Below, piece by piece: positions 1 to 12,080 of a stretch of DNA of 64,000 bases. The position numbers and the translations under genes are program-made. This DNA is from Lama glama (lineage: Eukaryota): positions 37,884,001 to 37,948,000 of the forward strand of contig CM052817.1 of assembly GCA_028534125.1 (NCBI GenBank). The letters run 5' to 3'. Positions within the stretch are counted from its first letter, which is position 1; the number at the start of each line of letters is the position of its first letter. The notes under the pieces were generated by a model. That model was not told where the DNA came from. It did not search any database and saw nothing but the letters and a program-made list of their open reading frames with translations.

Positions 1-1339
1 ATACAGGGTGCAGAGGGGACTCTGAACCACATTCAAACTGAGCATGCCTATACATCACGTAAGAGAAATTTCCTGTAGTCAAAGGAAATGACCGAGTCTG
101 CCCTGAGTTCTGTGTCCTGCCCGTGTGCCATTACGTGCAGGGATGGATTGTCCTTCCTGGCTTCTGTCACTGTCTGCCTTGTGTGGAAGTATCACTGCCT
201 TTGGAAAAACCTGTTTTTCCAGCTCATGCTTTGCTGGGAGCTTGAGAAAGGCTGTAGAATGTCTTTGATTTTAAGAACTTTCCTGGTGGCTTAAGTCAAC
301 CTTGAGAGAGGAAGGCACTGTTCCTCCCCAGCTCCCCTGTAAAGATTCGTTAGCTCAGGTGTTAATATATATAGTGACCTGCCCTCTGTCTCTGAGTTTA
401 TAGTTTTATTATAGATCATTCACAACATTGATAAACTGCTTGACAATGTTTATGTTATCTCTTTGGTAATTTTTTTGAACCGTTTTTTATTCAACAAATA
501 TTTATTGAGTATCTGTTACATGCTAGGCATTGTGCTGTAATTGTAGGAAGAAAATGAATAGTATACAATTTTTACACATGATCTATTGGTACCCAGAAGG
601 AATACCAACAAATATATTTAACAGGTTTTAATTGGCTTATCATTTTGATAAATAATTTGGAATACTAACCCATCATTATGATTATATCAAGTTAAAATAC
701 AGAAATGAAAGCAGACTCCTTTGCAGTGATCCCTACTGCTTCTCTGAGTCTCTACCAGAGCTTCTCTCAGGTGTGGAAGAGCAGACAGGGAAAAGTAATG
801 ACAAAGATGAAATTTACCTTGAAAGCCTGCTGCTTGCATCTGCTTTTGATTCACTTGTGGGTAGCTCATAAATCCTATCAGGTTGAGGAGTTCCTTAAGT
901 TAGCTGGTACCGGAGGTTCTCACGAACTTCTATTTGAATGCATAGAAACTTAAAATAAGTGCCATATTATTGTTGTATTATTTCCCATAAAACGATTCTG
1001 ATTATTCTGAACAACACAACACAATACACATTCTCATATAAATAGGTACTCGTTTTAAGGGAGAAAGACATCTATGTACATACACTCACACACAGCCGTG
1101 TACACATATACTCTTGTGTTCTCTCTGATGGCCCATCATAACTGAACTTTCCTGAATTAAGGATGTAAAATTCTACTAAATTTAAAGTCTAGAAAATAGA
1201 TGCCTCTGTCAGTCCTTATCTAAGTAAGATTTAATTGTTTTAGCTTCTTCATTGCTTAATGATCTTTATAACTTTGGGTGTAGCTGCATTTGAAAACAAC
1301 GGAAGACATAAGAAATATAAGTTTTCCCAAAAAGATTCA

Positions 1340-1432
1340 TTTTCCCTCTCTCCCTTTCTTCCTCCCTCCTCTTTCCTCCTTTTCCTTCCTCCCTTCTTCC
1401 CTTTCTCTCTTTCTTTCTTTCTTCATTCATTT
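1340..1432. repeat. Polypyrimidine (CT-rich) low-complexity tract
   Basis: ~90 nt almost exclusively C/T (ttccctctctccctttcttcctccctcc...). Confidence 0.85.
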
Positions 1433-2919
1433 TGGGAAAGTAGAAACGAGATGACCTGCAAAGACTAGAGAAGGAGGTTATTCAACAAAAGTAGGAGAAG
1501 GAAAAATGAATTTGTGACTTGGGATCTTTGCATAGGGCTATGGCAGGAGGCACAGAGGAGAACAAAGTGAACAGGACAGGCATGGGGGAGGGGAAGTCAC
1601 ACTGTTTTAAGCCCCGAATGGGGATCTCTTTTCGCTACTGGCCCAGACCAAGCTCAGGACCTTGTCCTTGCCCAAGGTGACAGGCCGTGGATAGTAAAAG
1701 GCATCTTCCTCTTTATTACATAGTGCTGGTTTCCTACTTAAATGAAATTGTAATGTAACAGTGCAATTTAATGTCTAGATGAATTGTGTTCTTAAAATTT
1801 CTGTAATGGTAATAAAATGAAAAAGAGTAGAACTAAGAGATCAGTGAGTTAAAGACTTACATGCATTCATCCAGCTGATTAAGATGTGTGTAAATATGTT
1901 TATATGTGTGAAGCATGTTTGATTACAAATAGAGTTTATAGCATTTTATAAACTTTAAATAATTATTGAGAATTTAGAAAAATATAGTATTTAAAAATGT
2001 ACAGTATTATGCAACTTAATTAAGCATCATGTAGGATGTTGAGATCATGTTGTCTTTCAAGGAACTGTATTCAGTGCAAGAATAAAACTTGTAAATGTTC
2101 AAACATTTGCAAAAGACAGTAGTGCTACAAGTAATTCAGGGAAGAGTGTCAAACACTACAAGGTAGAATTCCATAAGATTTCATTGGTTAAAGCAGGATG
2201 TTGGCTCTGATTGAAGAAAAACATTCCTATTTTTTAAAACTAAGGGTAAGATAATCTGTGGTAAAAGTCAAAAACAGAAATTAAGATATTGTGTATTTGG
2301 TTAATTTCTCTTGGAATAGCCAAGGTTTCCAAGACTTGTAAAATTTAATAATCTGACTTTAAACCAGATGGATTACATAGCACATGAAATAAAAAGACTT
2401 AAAAAGACATAAAAGACTCTGAGTCCTTGTACATTACATTTGCTCCCGCTACACAGTTATATAAAGGTTCTTAAAGTAGATTTAAGAATACTGAAAGTAG
2501 TATAACAAGAAACAAGGTGGTTAAATACTCAGTGTAGGTTTAAAATCAAGTAAGTGTATATATTTTCTGTGCTACTAGGCATGTTTATAATAATTGTTAG
2601 CATAAATAGTTTACTCTACTTTTCATTAGCAATTTTATGTCCCTACTGAATGTAGTCGACTTTTAGTTCTGTTATTTGTTACTGCTTAATTTCTTTTCCA
2701 ATAGTGAAAAGAGCTATAGACTTGTACTTGGTGGATTTGCAGCTATTTCATCTTAAAAATCTAATGGAATCTGACTGCAGATGACTCCAGAGGCATACTA
2801 AATACGTAAAAGGAATTTAGGCTATTATCCAGTGGACCTCCTTTTTCAGTGTTTGGGGGAAATTGTAAGAGGGATGGCGAATCTATGGCAAGTCATCTCC
2901 CCATTAAATCTCTAAACCA

Positions 2920-3465
2920 CTACTGCCCCAGCTCAGCCCCTTACCATTTCTCAGCTAACCCACTGCGGTTATCTCCCTCCTGCTCCCTGCCTCAGCTTTC
3001 TCCACATTTGAACGTCAGAGTGAATTTTTAAAAATAGATTGAACATGTCTCTCTCTGCTTATACACATCCAGTGGTTCTCCCATAAAGTCCAAATTTCTT
3101 ACCACAGTAACCAAGTCTTGTTACAGTCTTGCCAGCCTCATTTCCTGGCCCTTGTGAATCTGAGACTCTGGTTATTCCCTGAACAAGCCATGTCCTTTTG
3201 TGCATTTCCTTCTGACAGGAGTATTCTGTGTCTGCTAATCACAGTCTCTGACTGGGTAAGTCACATGTGTTCTGCAGTGTTACTGACTCTGTGAAGACCT
3301 TCTGGACGTGTTCATACCTAGCAAAAATAATGTCCCCTTTTCTTGTTCCTCATAGCTCCTTTGAGAAATCCTCAAAGACAGGGTTATTTTCTTGTTACCA
3401 TTCCTCGGGCATGCTGTATGAACATGCTAGGTGCTCAATGAATATTGGTTGACAAGTGAATAAAT
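2920..3465 (+). mobile_element. L2 LINE 3' fragment
   Basis: Decayed L2 3' sequence ending in 'taggtgctcaatgaatattggttgacaagtgaat', matching the L2 terminus. Confidence 0.6.
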
Positions 3466-3689
3466 TCTGCCTAGGTTTTTTGCTTTCTAATTCTTTATGT
3501 ATCCTTTTTTCTGCAATAATTTACCCATTTAATACTATTAAATATATATTAGTAATTAAATTTTATCATTGTTTAAACTAAGGAAACAATTAAGGTGAAA
3601 TGAATTAAGGTGCAACATTCTACACTAAATTGTTTTTTTTACTTAAAAACTCTGCATTGCAACTATAATAAAAATAACAATGTTCTAAT

Positions 3690-4032
3690 GTGACTTTTTG
3701 CAACTTTCAAGTATGCACTACAGTATTATTGACTATAGTCACCATGCTGTATGTTACCCCAAAACTTACCTCTTGATCTCCTTCACTAATTTTGCACCCT
3801 GCACTCATCCCCTTCCCTCAGCAACCACCATTCTGTTCTCTGTATCTATGAGTTTTGTTTTGTTTTTTTGTTTGTTTTTTTACATTCCATACATAAGTGA
3901 GATCTTATGGTCTTGTCCTCCTCTGTCTGATTTATTTCACTTAGCATAATACCTCAATGTCTGTTCATGTTACTGCAAATGGCAAGATTTCCTTCTTTTT
4001 AATAGCTGAATAATATTCCATTCCATGTGTGT
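3690..4032 (-). mobile_element. L1 3' end fragment (L1MA/MB-like)
   Basis: Plus strand reads 'tatagtcaccatgctgt...accattctgttctctgtatctatgag...tttatttcacttagcataat...gctgaataatattccatt', the antisense of the L1 ORF2 C-terminus and 3'UTR. The minus ORF ends MEYYSAIKKKEILPFAVT. Confidence 0.9.
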
Positions 4033-4614
4033 AAACATTCAGATTAGATTTCCTTTGTGTAAAAGTCCTTGTCCAAAACAGTGTGTAATTTAGAATGCGA
4101 TGGTTAAAGTATGAGAGCCTATGCAGACTACAGACTAAAAAACAATTTAAAAAGGCACAGTTTTTGCCATGAAAGGCAAATTTTTTAGAGACTGTGTGTG
4201 TGAATAAAGATATATGTTTTAAAAGGTGCTCAGATTTATAAGTAGGTGGAAGAAATTCATAGGCAAGAATTCCTGAAATGGGGGTGACTAAGAAATGAGG
4301 GGAAAACAGTCTCATTAATAATGCTCTTAATGATAGAAATTTGGCAGAAGATTTTATGGATAGTGTGAGTTTCTTACATTTATGGAGATGGAATATATTC
4401 TTCTATCTACCTATTTGGTTATTATATGCACAGCATGAACAGAAGATAATTCCTCAAAGGAGAGATCAACCTGAATAAATGGTTATATTTAATATTTTTC
4501 CATCTCTAATCATATCTCTGCCTAAAGTTGTTCTTCTTTCCTGAACACCTCTTTCTAGTAACTACTAGAAGTTGAGTCCAAATAATAAATATGAAGGAGA
4601 TGTGTCGTGAGGGA

Positions 4615-4815
4615 TCTGAAAACAAACTGCTTCTTGTGTTCAAATCTTGATTTTGCCATTTATAAGTTCTGTGATTCCAGTATCGTTTGACCACATTAAA
4701 CCTCCGTTTCCTCTATGAAATGGAGACACTAATAGCAATAACACATACTAGTTGTTATGTGGACTGAGACACTGAATGGATGGTTCTAGTATCTGGTACA
4801 CAATTGATTATTATC
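4615..4815 (+). mobile_element. MIR SINE
   Basis: Core-like 'ttcaaatcttgattttgccatttataag...cctccgtttcctctatgaaatggag'. Confidence 0.6.
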
Positions 4816-7204
4816 TCAATGTCTTGTCAGTTCTGCCATGAAACTAGGTGCTATAACGCATAATACGGCCCTTCTCTTAGGCTCAGATGTTGATATTGCT
4901 TCTCCAAAACCTTTCCTGGGAACTTTCCGCCTCAAACAAAAAGAAACTGTACAATATTTTCAATTTTATCATTTAGAACTGGTCAATAACAGACTAAATA
5001 ATAGTTCCATCCTGCAGTCTAGGTATGGCAAAGAAATACCCCTGTAACATCACTTGAATTTCTTAGAAAGGAGATTGTTTCTTTTTAGATTAAGGTGGGC
5101 ATTAGCTTCATGCAGACGTTTTTCAATGTATATTGTCTTTGGTGGTTTGACTCTCTTGATTATCCCCAAATCAACTTATACATTCTGTACATAATAAATA
5201 ATATACTGTTAAGTGTAAGAGTAAAATAATAGGTGATGATTTTGTTATTGTATAGAATCTTCTGATCAGTCCCTGATGCCACAGAGACTATGACAGGGAA
5301 CTCTGTATATCATTAGTAGAATTCTTTCCTATTACAATTATTTTCTCTCTAGAATTTTCAGTTTTTGTTTAGACTGTTACAGGAGAGATTATGATTGTAA
5401 AATCTGATAGATCTGGTTTACACTTTGGTTCTGACACTTGCTTGTTTTATAATCTTGGACAAGTTAGTTTTCTGGGTATTCAGGATGATTTGGTGAGATT
5501 TAAATGCGATTACATACATAAAATACTTAGTTTAATATCTGGCACAGAGTGGCAAACACTATTTCTAATTTATTTTGCATTTGTACCTTGCCTGGCCTGC
5601 TCTGAATTTATAATAAAAATGAAATATGAGACCACATTGAGAGCCTTAGAGATTACACAGATTTGCTCCTGAGGGACCATAAAGAAGAGAGCAGAGAGGA
5701 AGCTGACCTTTCATTACCAGCATTTCCTCTCCAGCAGGTGCGGTGGATTTCTGCTCTTATCTCCTTCTATCATAAATACTATTTTTCAAAATGTACTCAT
5801 TTTTCCCTCTGAAATCTGAAAAGTAGTATTTTCCTCTTTCCCATCCTAAATATTTCAAATTTTGAATGATCTTGGTGAGCATCTAAACCATAATTATTGA
5901 CTTTAAATTCCCCAGGAGAGAAAATGGTGCTTCTGACTGGCCCATGGGCAGGTCTGTAATAAGGGGCTGAGGTAGCACAGAGGATAAATCTTAGCTGATA
6001 ACAGCCTTCTTAACAACAGCAAACCTCTGCTATATGTAGCTGCTGGCATTTCAGAACAAGGTAGTTAGTCCTATGGACGAGTGTGGACTTGAATTCTGCC
6101 ACAAGAGTGCCTCCCAGTTACTAACTCTTTTTGCCTTTTAAGCTCTGCAAGGAGATCAGACTTGAGCAGAAGGCTCTTAGACTTCTGTGTAGGTATTATT
6201 CACGTTGGTTTGCCTCCTCCCTGCCAATTAACTTATGTTAAAATTCATAACTTCACATCTTCTTTTTTGGTGCTGCCTTGTTCTCTGAATTCCATAAATA
6301 GAAGCTCTGCAGAATGTGCAGTAGCTGACTAGATTACGTTCTAAAATATTTCACATATAAGGGAGGCATTCTCCTGAGAAGTGGGAAGCTGATGCAGGAG
6401 AGAAATTTCAGGGATAAACAAATGCAATTTTTTTTCTGCTGTTTTTCTGATCTGTAAACAAAATTGTCAGAAACTCTTCCTTAAATAGTTTCCCATGACT
6501 CAAAACATGCCGTCGTGCTGTTTAAACATGTGCATTAGTTTGGGGCTATATTTCAGTTGCTATAGATCAAGACAGATGATTTTATGGAATTATGAACACT
6601 TGATTTACAGTGGCATCTAAAATTTATCTGATAATTCTTTGCAGACCTGCATTTGAAAAGGAGATATATTACAAATTAGACAGTGCATACCTGTCTTAGA
6701 GTTACAGAACAGGTTTACAATTGAGAAATTTAGTAAATCAACTCTTGTAGATTATTTATTATTTAATACTTTATGACACTAATGCGATTCTTTCTGGCAA
6801 TAAATGTAGACATTCTACTTGCTTTGGTGTTAGACTATGTGGGAACTTGGAATAGAAATAAACATCAGTCCTGAAAACGTGCATCAATTTAAATCACTGA
6901 AGGCTCTCATTAAAGTTTTGAATTTAAGAGACTGGAATTACATTTCAACAAACAAGGTATAGAAGAACTTTACCTATTTGATCTCAAATTTCTGAACTAC
7001 AGATTGGAAGATACATTTTCGAATTAAAGACTATGTTAATCGGAATAGCATAAGATATCTAGCTTGATGCTGATACGGAAACCACAGATTGTACAGGTTA
7101 ATAGACTTGTCCAAGGGAATGAGTTAGACTCCATGCCTCTGCTAACCACAGTTCTTTAGATTTAACTACTTCTCATTACTTTTAAGAATTTCCTTTAAGG
7201 AGAC

Positions 7205-7720
7205 AATTTCCCAAAACTCTGACAGTGGCAGCAGAAACTGAATGGGACTTGGGTGTAAGTATATTTCAGAGGTCATTCCAGAGGGCTGGAGTGAAGGAGA
7301 GGAAGAGGGAGACAGGGGAACAGGTCTCCACCATGGGCAGTAAGGGCTCGATTTGGTCAAGACTTCCTGAGAGGCAAACATTAGATATCCCAGTGTTGTC
7401 AGCTTGAGGACCTGAGACAGAAGTGCTTGGGAGCAGTGGCTGCAGTCCTTTATTGGTTGAAGGTTGCCTCTGGGGCCATTAACCTCTCTAGCACTTTTAG
7501 GCTGAGCTTGCTTGGGGGTGAACAGACTTTCTTAGAGTTGGAGAAAGCTTGGGCCATGAAGTAGGGAGAGAGGTATGGTGCCGGCCTGAGTTAGAATGCT
7601 GCCAAAGTAAGTCTGAGCCTAGCTGGAGCTGTCCACTTCAGCAGCGGCTGAAAAATCAGAGATAAGCGGAGGGAGAGGGCAACAAGTAGGGTCTGCTGCA
7701 TCTGTGTCCACGTTCCTGAT
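7205..7720 (-). mobile_element. ERVL solo LTR (LTR33-like), decayed
   Basis: 'gggtgtaagtatatttcagaggtcattccagagg...ccatgggcagtaagggctc' resembles the remembered antisense LTR33 consensus. Local rise in GC. Confidence 0.45.
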
Positions 7721-8162
7721 AGCGTGTAATTACATTGCTTCACGTTTTCCCCATGGGATGATTCAGGTCCTTCTATCCTTTTCATCGAGAGTTTTTTTAT
7801 TCTGTTATTTGCATGAATTTCCTAAAATAGAGGACTCATCTATGTGTGAGAATGCTTCGTCTCTGAATCCTGAAACTGTTTTTCAGCATTTTCTCTCCAT
7901 AATTCCCATTCTGTTCTTTTTCACTTCTGGCCTTTGCCCTGCTTCTCCGTTTACTCTTTTCAGTTAATTTGGTCTGGCTGCTTCCCATTTCCTCCACTCC
8001 CTATGCCTCATAGCTTAAACTTTCATTTGACCGTCTGTTGCCTGGTCATCATCTCTTAGGCCTATCTCACCTGCCTTCCTCTAACAATAAATTTCCCATT
8101 CTCTAACCCAAGTTTTATTTGCCTTCAATACATCAGTTGAAGTGATATATTGAAATACATCT

Positions 8163-8277
8163 TCTGAAAAAGAACATATATATGTATGTGTATATCTATA
8201 TCTGAATCACTTTGCTGTACCCCTGAAACTAACACAACATTGTAAATCAACTGTATTTCAATAAAAAATTGAAAAAA
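8163..8277 (+). mobile_element. 5'-truncated L1 3' end (cetartiodactyl type) with TSD
   Basis: 'tgaatcactttgctgtacccctgaaactaacacaacattgtaaatcaactgtatttcaataaaaaa' plus A tail. TSD gaaatac(a/g)tct at 8152-8162 and 8278-8288. Confidence 0.9.
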
Positions 8278-8411
8278 GAAATACGTCTAGTATTCTACTC
8301 TTTGGAAACTTTGAGCTACTCTTTGGAAAGTACTGATGGTCCCTTCTGCTACTTCTGAAACACTCTCTAACTCACAGGTTCAATAAATGTAGATGGTGCC
8401 TCTTTCCACTT

Positions 8412-8690
8412 AGAGTTGGAAGGAACTTTAGAAATAATCTGTGTGGTCCCATTTCACTTTTTAAAAATTTGCTTTATTTTAATTAATTAATTAATTATTT
8501 AATGGAGGTACTGGGGATTGAACTCAGGACCTCATGCATGCTAAGCATGCACTCTACCACTGAGCTATTCCCCTCCGTGCCATCTCACTTTTCAAGTGAA
8601 GAGGGGATATGGAGAGAGGTTAAGCGACCTGCTCAGGTCCCACAACTAATAAAGACAGAGCTGTGGGATCCCAACACTCAGGGATCTTTT
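8412..8690 (-). mobile_element. MIR SINE, interrupted by a vic-1 SINE
   Basis: 'agagttggaaggaactttagaaataatct...' resumes after the SINE with 'agagaggttaagcgacctgctcaggtcccacaact'. Confidence 0.7.
8462..8578 (-). mobile_element. vic-1-type camelid SINE (tRNA-Ala-derived)
   Basis: The minus strand reads ...TAGCTCAGTGGTAGAGTGCATGCTTAGCATGCATGAGGTCCTGAGTTCAATCCCCAGTACCTCCA (A/B boxes, AGC anticodon arm), followed by an AT tail. TSD ccat(t/c)tcactttt at 8449-8461 and 8580-8592. Confidence 0.9.
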
Positions 8691-9214
8691 CTATCATACT
8701 GCCAACCTAATATAAATCATTAATTAATGTAAATATTATGAATTGCAGGCTTCTGATGATTGGGGAATAGAGCTGTTTATTTGATTTATATAACTCTTAA
8801 CAATGGGCACAGTAATAGACAACTTGATAACTACAGGTGGAGATCAGATGAGGCCCTTCAAGTAATGCAAGGAAATGAGAGAGAAGACCGTTGTACCATT
8901 TACACTTCCTCCCCAGTTATACTGCCTGATGACTTAGCTTCTTATGTATTACTGAAGCATTTAAAATCTGTGGATAATTTGAGCTACACGGGGCAAGACA
9001 GCTTAAGCCAAATTTTTGTAATTATACATTTTCTCTGATTTTTTTTCGTGGTGTTATGAATGGGTTTCTATACATACCCCACATTAAATATAATCCTAGA
9101 AAAAATGTAAGAACTATGTACATTCATTTGACTTATTTTAGAATCTTATTTATTCTGTAGTGGTTAGTGAAATTTCAGATTCTTCATAAAATCAACCCTG
9201 AGTAGATTAGATGC

Positions 9215-9620
9215 TGTATTGGGTTAAATAGTGTCACCTTGGACCTGTGGATCTAACTTTGTTTGGAAATAGGGTCTTTGCAGATGTAACCAAGTTAAGA
9301 TGAGGTCATCCTGGCTTTGGGTGGGCTTTAAATCCATTATAACGGGTGTCCTTTAGAAGAGGAAAATTTGGGGAAATACAGGGAAGCAGTTCATGGAAAG
9401 ACAGAAGAAGAGATTGGAGTGATGCATGTATACTCCAAAGAAAGCTAAGGATTGCTGGCAACCATAAGAATCTAGACGAGGCAGGGAAGAATGCTTCCTT
9501 CAGAGACAGTGTGGTCTTGCCACAGCTTGATTTCTGATGTGTGTTGCTTTCAGTACTTTGAGAGAATACATTTCTGTTGTTTTAAACAAAGCTGGTGGTA
9601 CTTTATAGCCCCTGTGCACA
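9215..9620 (+). mobile_element. MaLR solo LTR (MLT1C/D-like)
   Basis: Diagnostic 'tttggaaatagggtctttgcagatgtaaccaagttaagatgaggtcat' and 'gagaatacatttctgttgttttaaac'. Confidence 0.9.
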
Positions 9621-9728
9621 TTTGAACTTGAAACCCCTTGACCTAATGATCTCTGCCTGCTGCTCCTGCTTTTTAAGTCAATGATTATTTTCTTAACTGT
9701 GATGGAAATCACATCACCTTAAAGTTTT

Positions 9729-9805
9729 TGTGTGTGTGTGTGTGTGTGTGTGAAAGAGAGAGAGAGGGCGACAAAGACACACACACACACACACACACAC
9801 ACACA
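9729..9805. repeat. Compound microsatellite (TG)12 - (GA)n spacer - (CA)14
   Basis: Read directly from the sequence. Confidence 0.95.
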
Positions 9806-10699
9806 AGTTGTACCTTACTGAATGTACTGTGAGATTTCATTGGAAAAGATAATTCTTATGTAGCCATGTAGGTATTAGTCATATGACCAATTCAGATTTA
9901 TAATCATATGTTAATTTTCTTTCTGTCTGACCTTGTTAAAAAGTTGGTTTCAAGTTGTTTGGTTAAGTTTAATTTAGAACAGAGAAAAATATGTAAATGC
10001 CAGGTTCCACCTCATTGCAAATTTTTTCTTCAGATTTGAATGTTATTTTTGGTGCACTTGGTAGTCATCTATTTATGTTTCTGTTTGTAAAGATCAGCTA
10101 TGCCAGTACACTTCCTCTTGCTTTCTCTGTATTTTTCTTTGCTGTATAGTGTGGTGTTGGTTTTACATGATTGGTGTTGCTCCTGAAAGCATCAGTTAAA
10201 GGCAACTGTAGACGGGGAGAAACACCAGTCTTTGGTTACAGAAGTGTTTCTTTTCTTTTTTTCCAGTTTTATTGAGATATAGAAGCACTTCTTAAGAAGA
10301 TATCACTCTAGCAATGTCCTTTTTGAGGACAATTTATAAACAAATCTCATTTATGAATAAGTGTAAAGATTTACCTGCACAGAAGAGAAATCTTAAGTGT
10401 ACAACTTTTGTTGTTTGGAGAAAGAAACTGATATTTTATTTTATTTTTCTGTTCATATCACAAGTTATTAAAATGTATTTTCAATAAGTCTAGGTAAAGG
10501 AATTTTGATGCAAATCTGCATTTGAGGCTGTGTGTGATTTCTGTACACTTAATTTTGCTTATTTTGTGTATTTGTCTCAGCATCAAAAATGTATAACTGA
10601 AGTGAAGTTAGATAATTCCTTTTATTTACCTTAGAAAGCAACTCTATACATACACAGAAGTAAAATTATTCTGATACAAGAAAAACTATTCTGGTACAA

Positions 10700-10870
10700 C
10701 GTTCTTGGGAGGTAATTTGACAATGCAGTATTTAGCAAGTGAACAGTAAAATGTTTACACTGTTGGGCTTAGTAATTCCATGTCTAGAATGCATTTTACG
10801 TGTGCAATCAAAAATTATGTAAAGATATTCATCCAGTGTAATTTATAATAGCAAAAGTTATAAGCAGCCT
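10700..10870 (+). mobile_element. Old L1 (L1ME-like) fragment
   Basis: 'ggaggtaatttgacaat...agtaattccatgtctagaat...gtaaagatattcatccagtgtaatttataatagcaaaa' resembles the L1 ORF2 3' region. Confidence 0.6.
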
Positions 10871-11573
10871 CTCTAGGAAGTAAAGAGCCTCACCGCGCCT
10901 ACTGTTGTATGTGTGGCAGAAACTGAACTATGTGATCTTTCTGCAAAGGGGGAGATAGAAGTTAGCATCATTTGGTGAGGAAATGTAGTCAGTCTTTTAA
11001 AGTCTCATTTGCTTTCTGCAAGATTAAAAAAAAATTCTTTTTAGTGGCAATGTTGGAGATGGAGGTCCTCAAAACTCCATGCAGGAATTATCCCAGAGGT
11101 GTCCCATCAGGTAACGTCAGTGCCATTTTAAAAAGGTATGCAGCCATGATGGAGAAACTCAGACTCACAGAAAAGACTGTGTGTGAAACTTGAACCAGAT
11201 AATGCTTAGGAATTTGGCGTCCTCTTTCTTTGTGTCTCTGGGCTTGATTCTGACTTGGGCTCTCACAGGAAACCAGTATCACAGCCCATCTTAAAAGTAA
11301 TGTGACCTGTGCCACAGTAGGAGATATGCAGTAAATAATTAAAGCTGTCTGCATGAAAAGCATTCCACAGCAGGAGAGGAATAAAGAATCTTCCTTGAGA
11401 AGAAAAATCACACAGTGAGAAATGAGGAAGAAAATAACAACGGAGAGCAAGCCGTCATAAATTGCGCCTCAAGGAAGTGACCAATATTTTATGGACAGGA
11501 CTCACGCTTAGAAAGCTGAAAACATCTCTGTGGCTTTTCAGGTTGCCAGCAATTTTAGAATCAGCTTTTCCCT

Positions 11574-11581
11574 TGACGTCA
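11574..11581. promoter_or_regulatory. Perfect CRE (TGACGTCA)
   Basis: Exact palindrome with an intact CpG in CpG-depleted DNA. Function is unproven. Confidence 0.35.
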
Positions 11582-11849
11582 CATTGGTGTCATATTTACG
11601 TTTCTTGTGAGGAAGTTACTGATGGAGGAGCCAATGTAACTGTCCATGTTTATCAGGAACCTTCGCACTTTGTCATCACTTAGTCATATATTACTTGGCA
11701 TGTAAATGGAGACTCATGTTTAAGAAATATGGTTTCTGTACTTTTGAATAAAAACCAAAATGGAGAGTATTATGAATTCGCTGAGAGTGTTACTGACACA
11801 CTCCAACAGTGTGAAGGGAAGTGGGAGGCACCTGCACATGACCTGGCAC

Positions 11850-12080
11850 GCATCATTGCTGGCTTAGGTTATGTTTAGTACTAGTGTTTGCCGACACTGC
11901 TCCAGTCTCTTCACGTGTCTTAACTCCTTGGTCCTTAGCAGTTCAATGAAGAAGATTCTATCATTATTTCTATTTTCTGATATAGTCTCTGGGAAAGAGA
12001 GAGGTTAGTAACTTGCCCAAGGTCACACACTCGGAAGACAGTGGGATTTGAATCAAGACAAACTGCCTCTGGTTCCAGTT
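11850..12080 (-). mobile_element. MIR SINE
   Basis: 'gagaggttagtaacttgcccaaggtcacacac...gggatttgaatc' is the antisense MIR core. Confidence 0.8.

Noticed and set aside
60..140. NF-kB-like GAGAAATTTCC and HRE TACGTG
   Set aside because: Short or imperfect motifs expected by chance, with no further support.
8500..8572. tRNA-Ala-like sequences here and at ~39140, ~52630 and ~56730
   Set aside because: They have AT tails, TSDs in three of four cases, and stem-breaking substitutions, so they are SINEs rather than tRNA genes.
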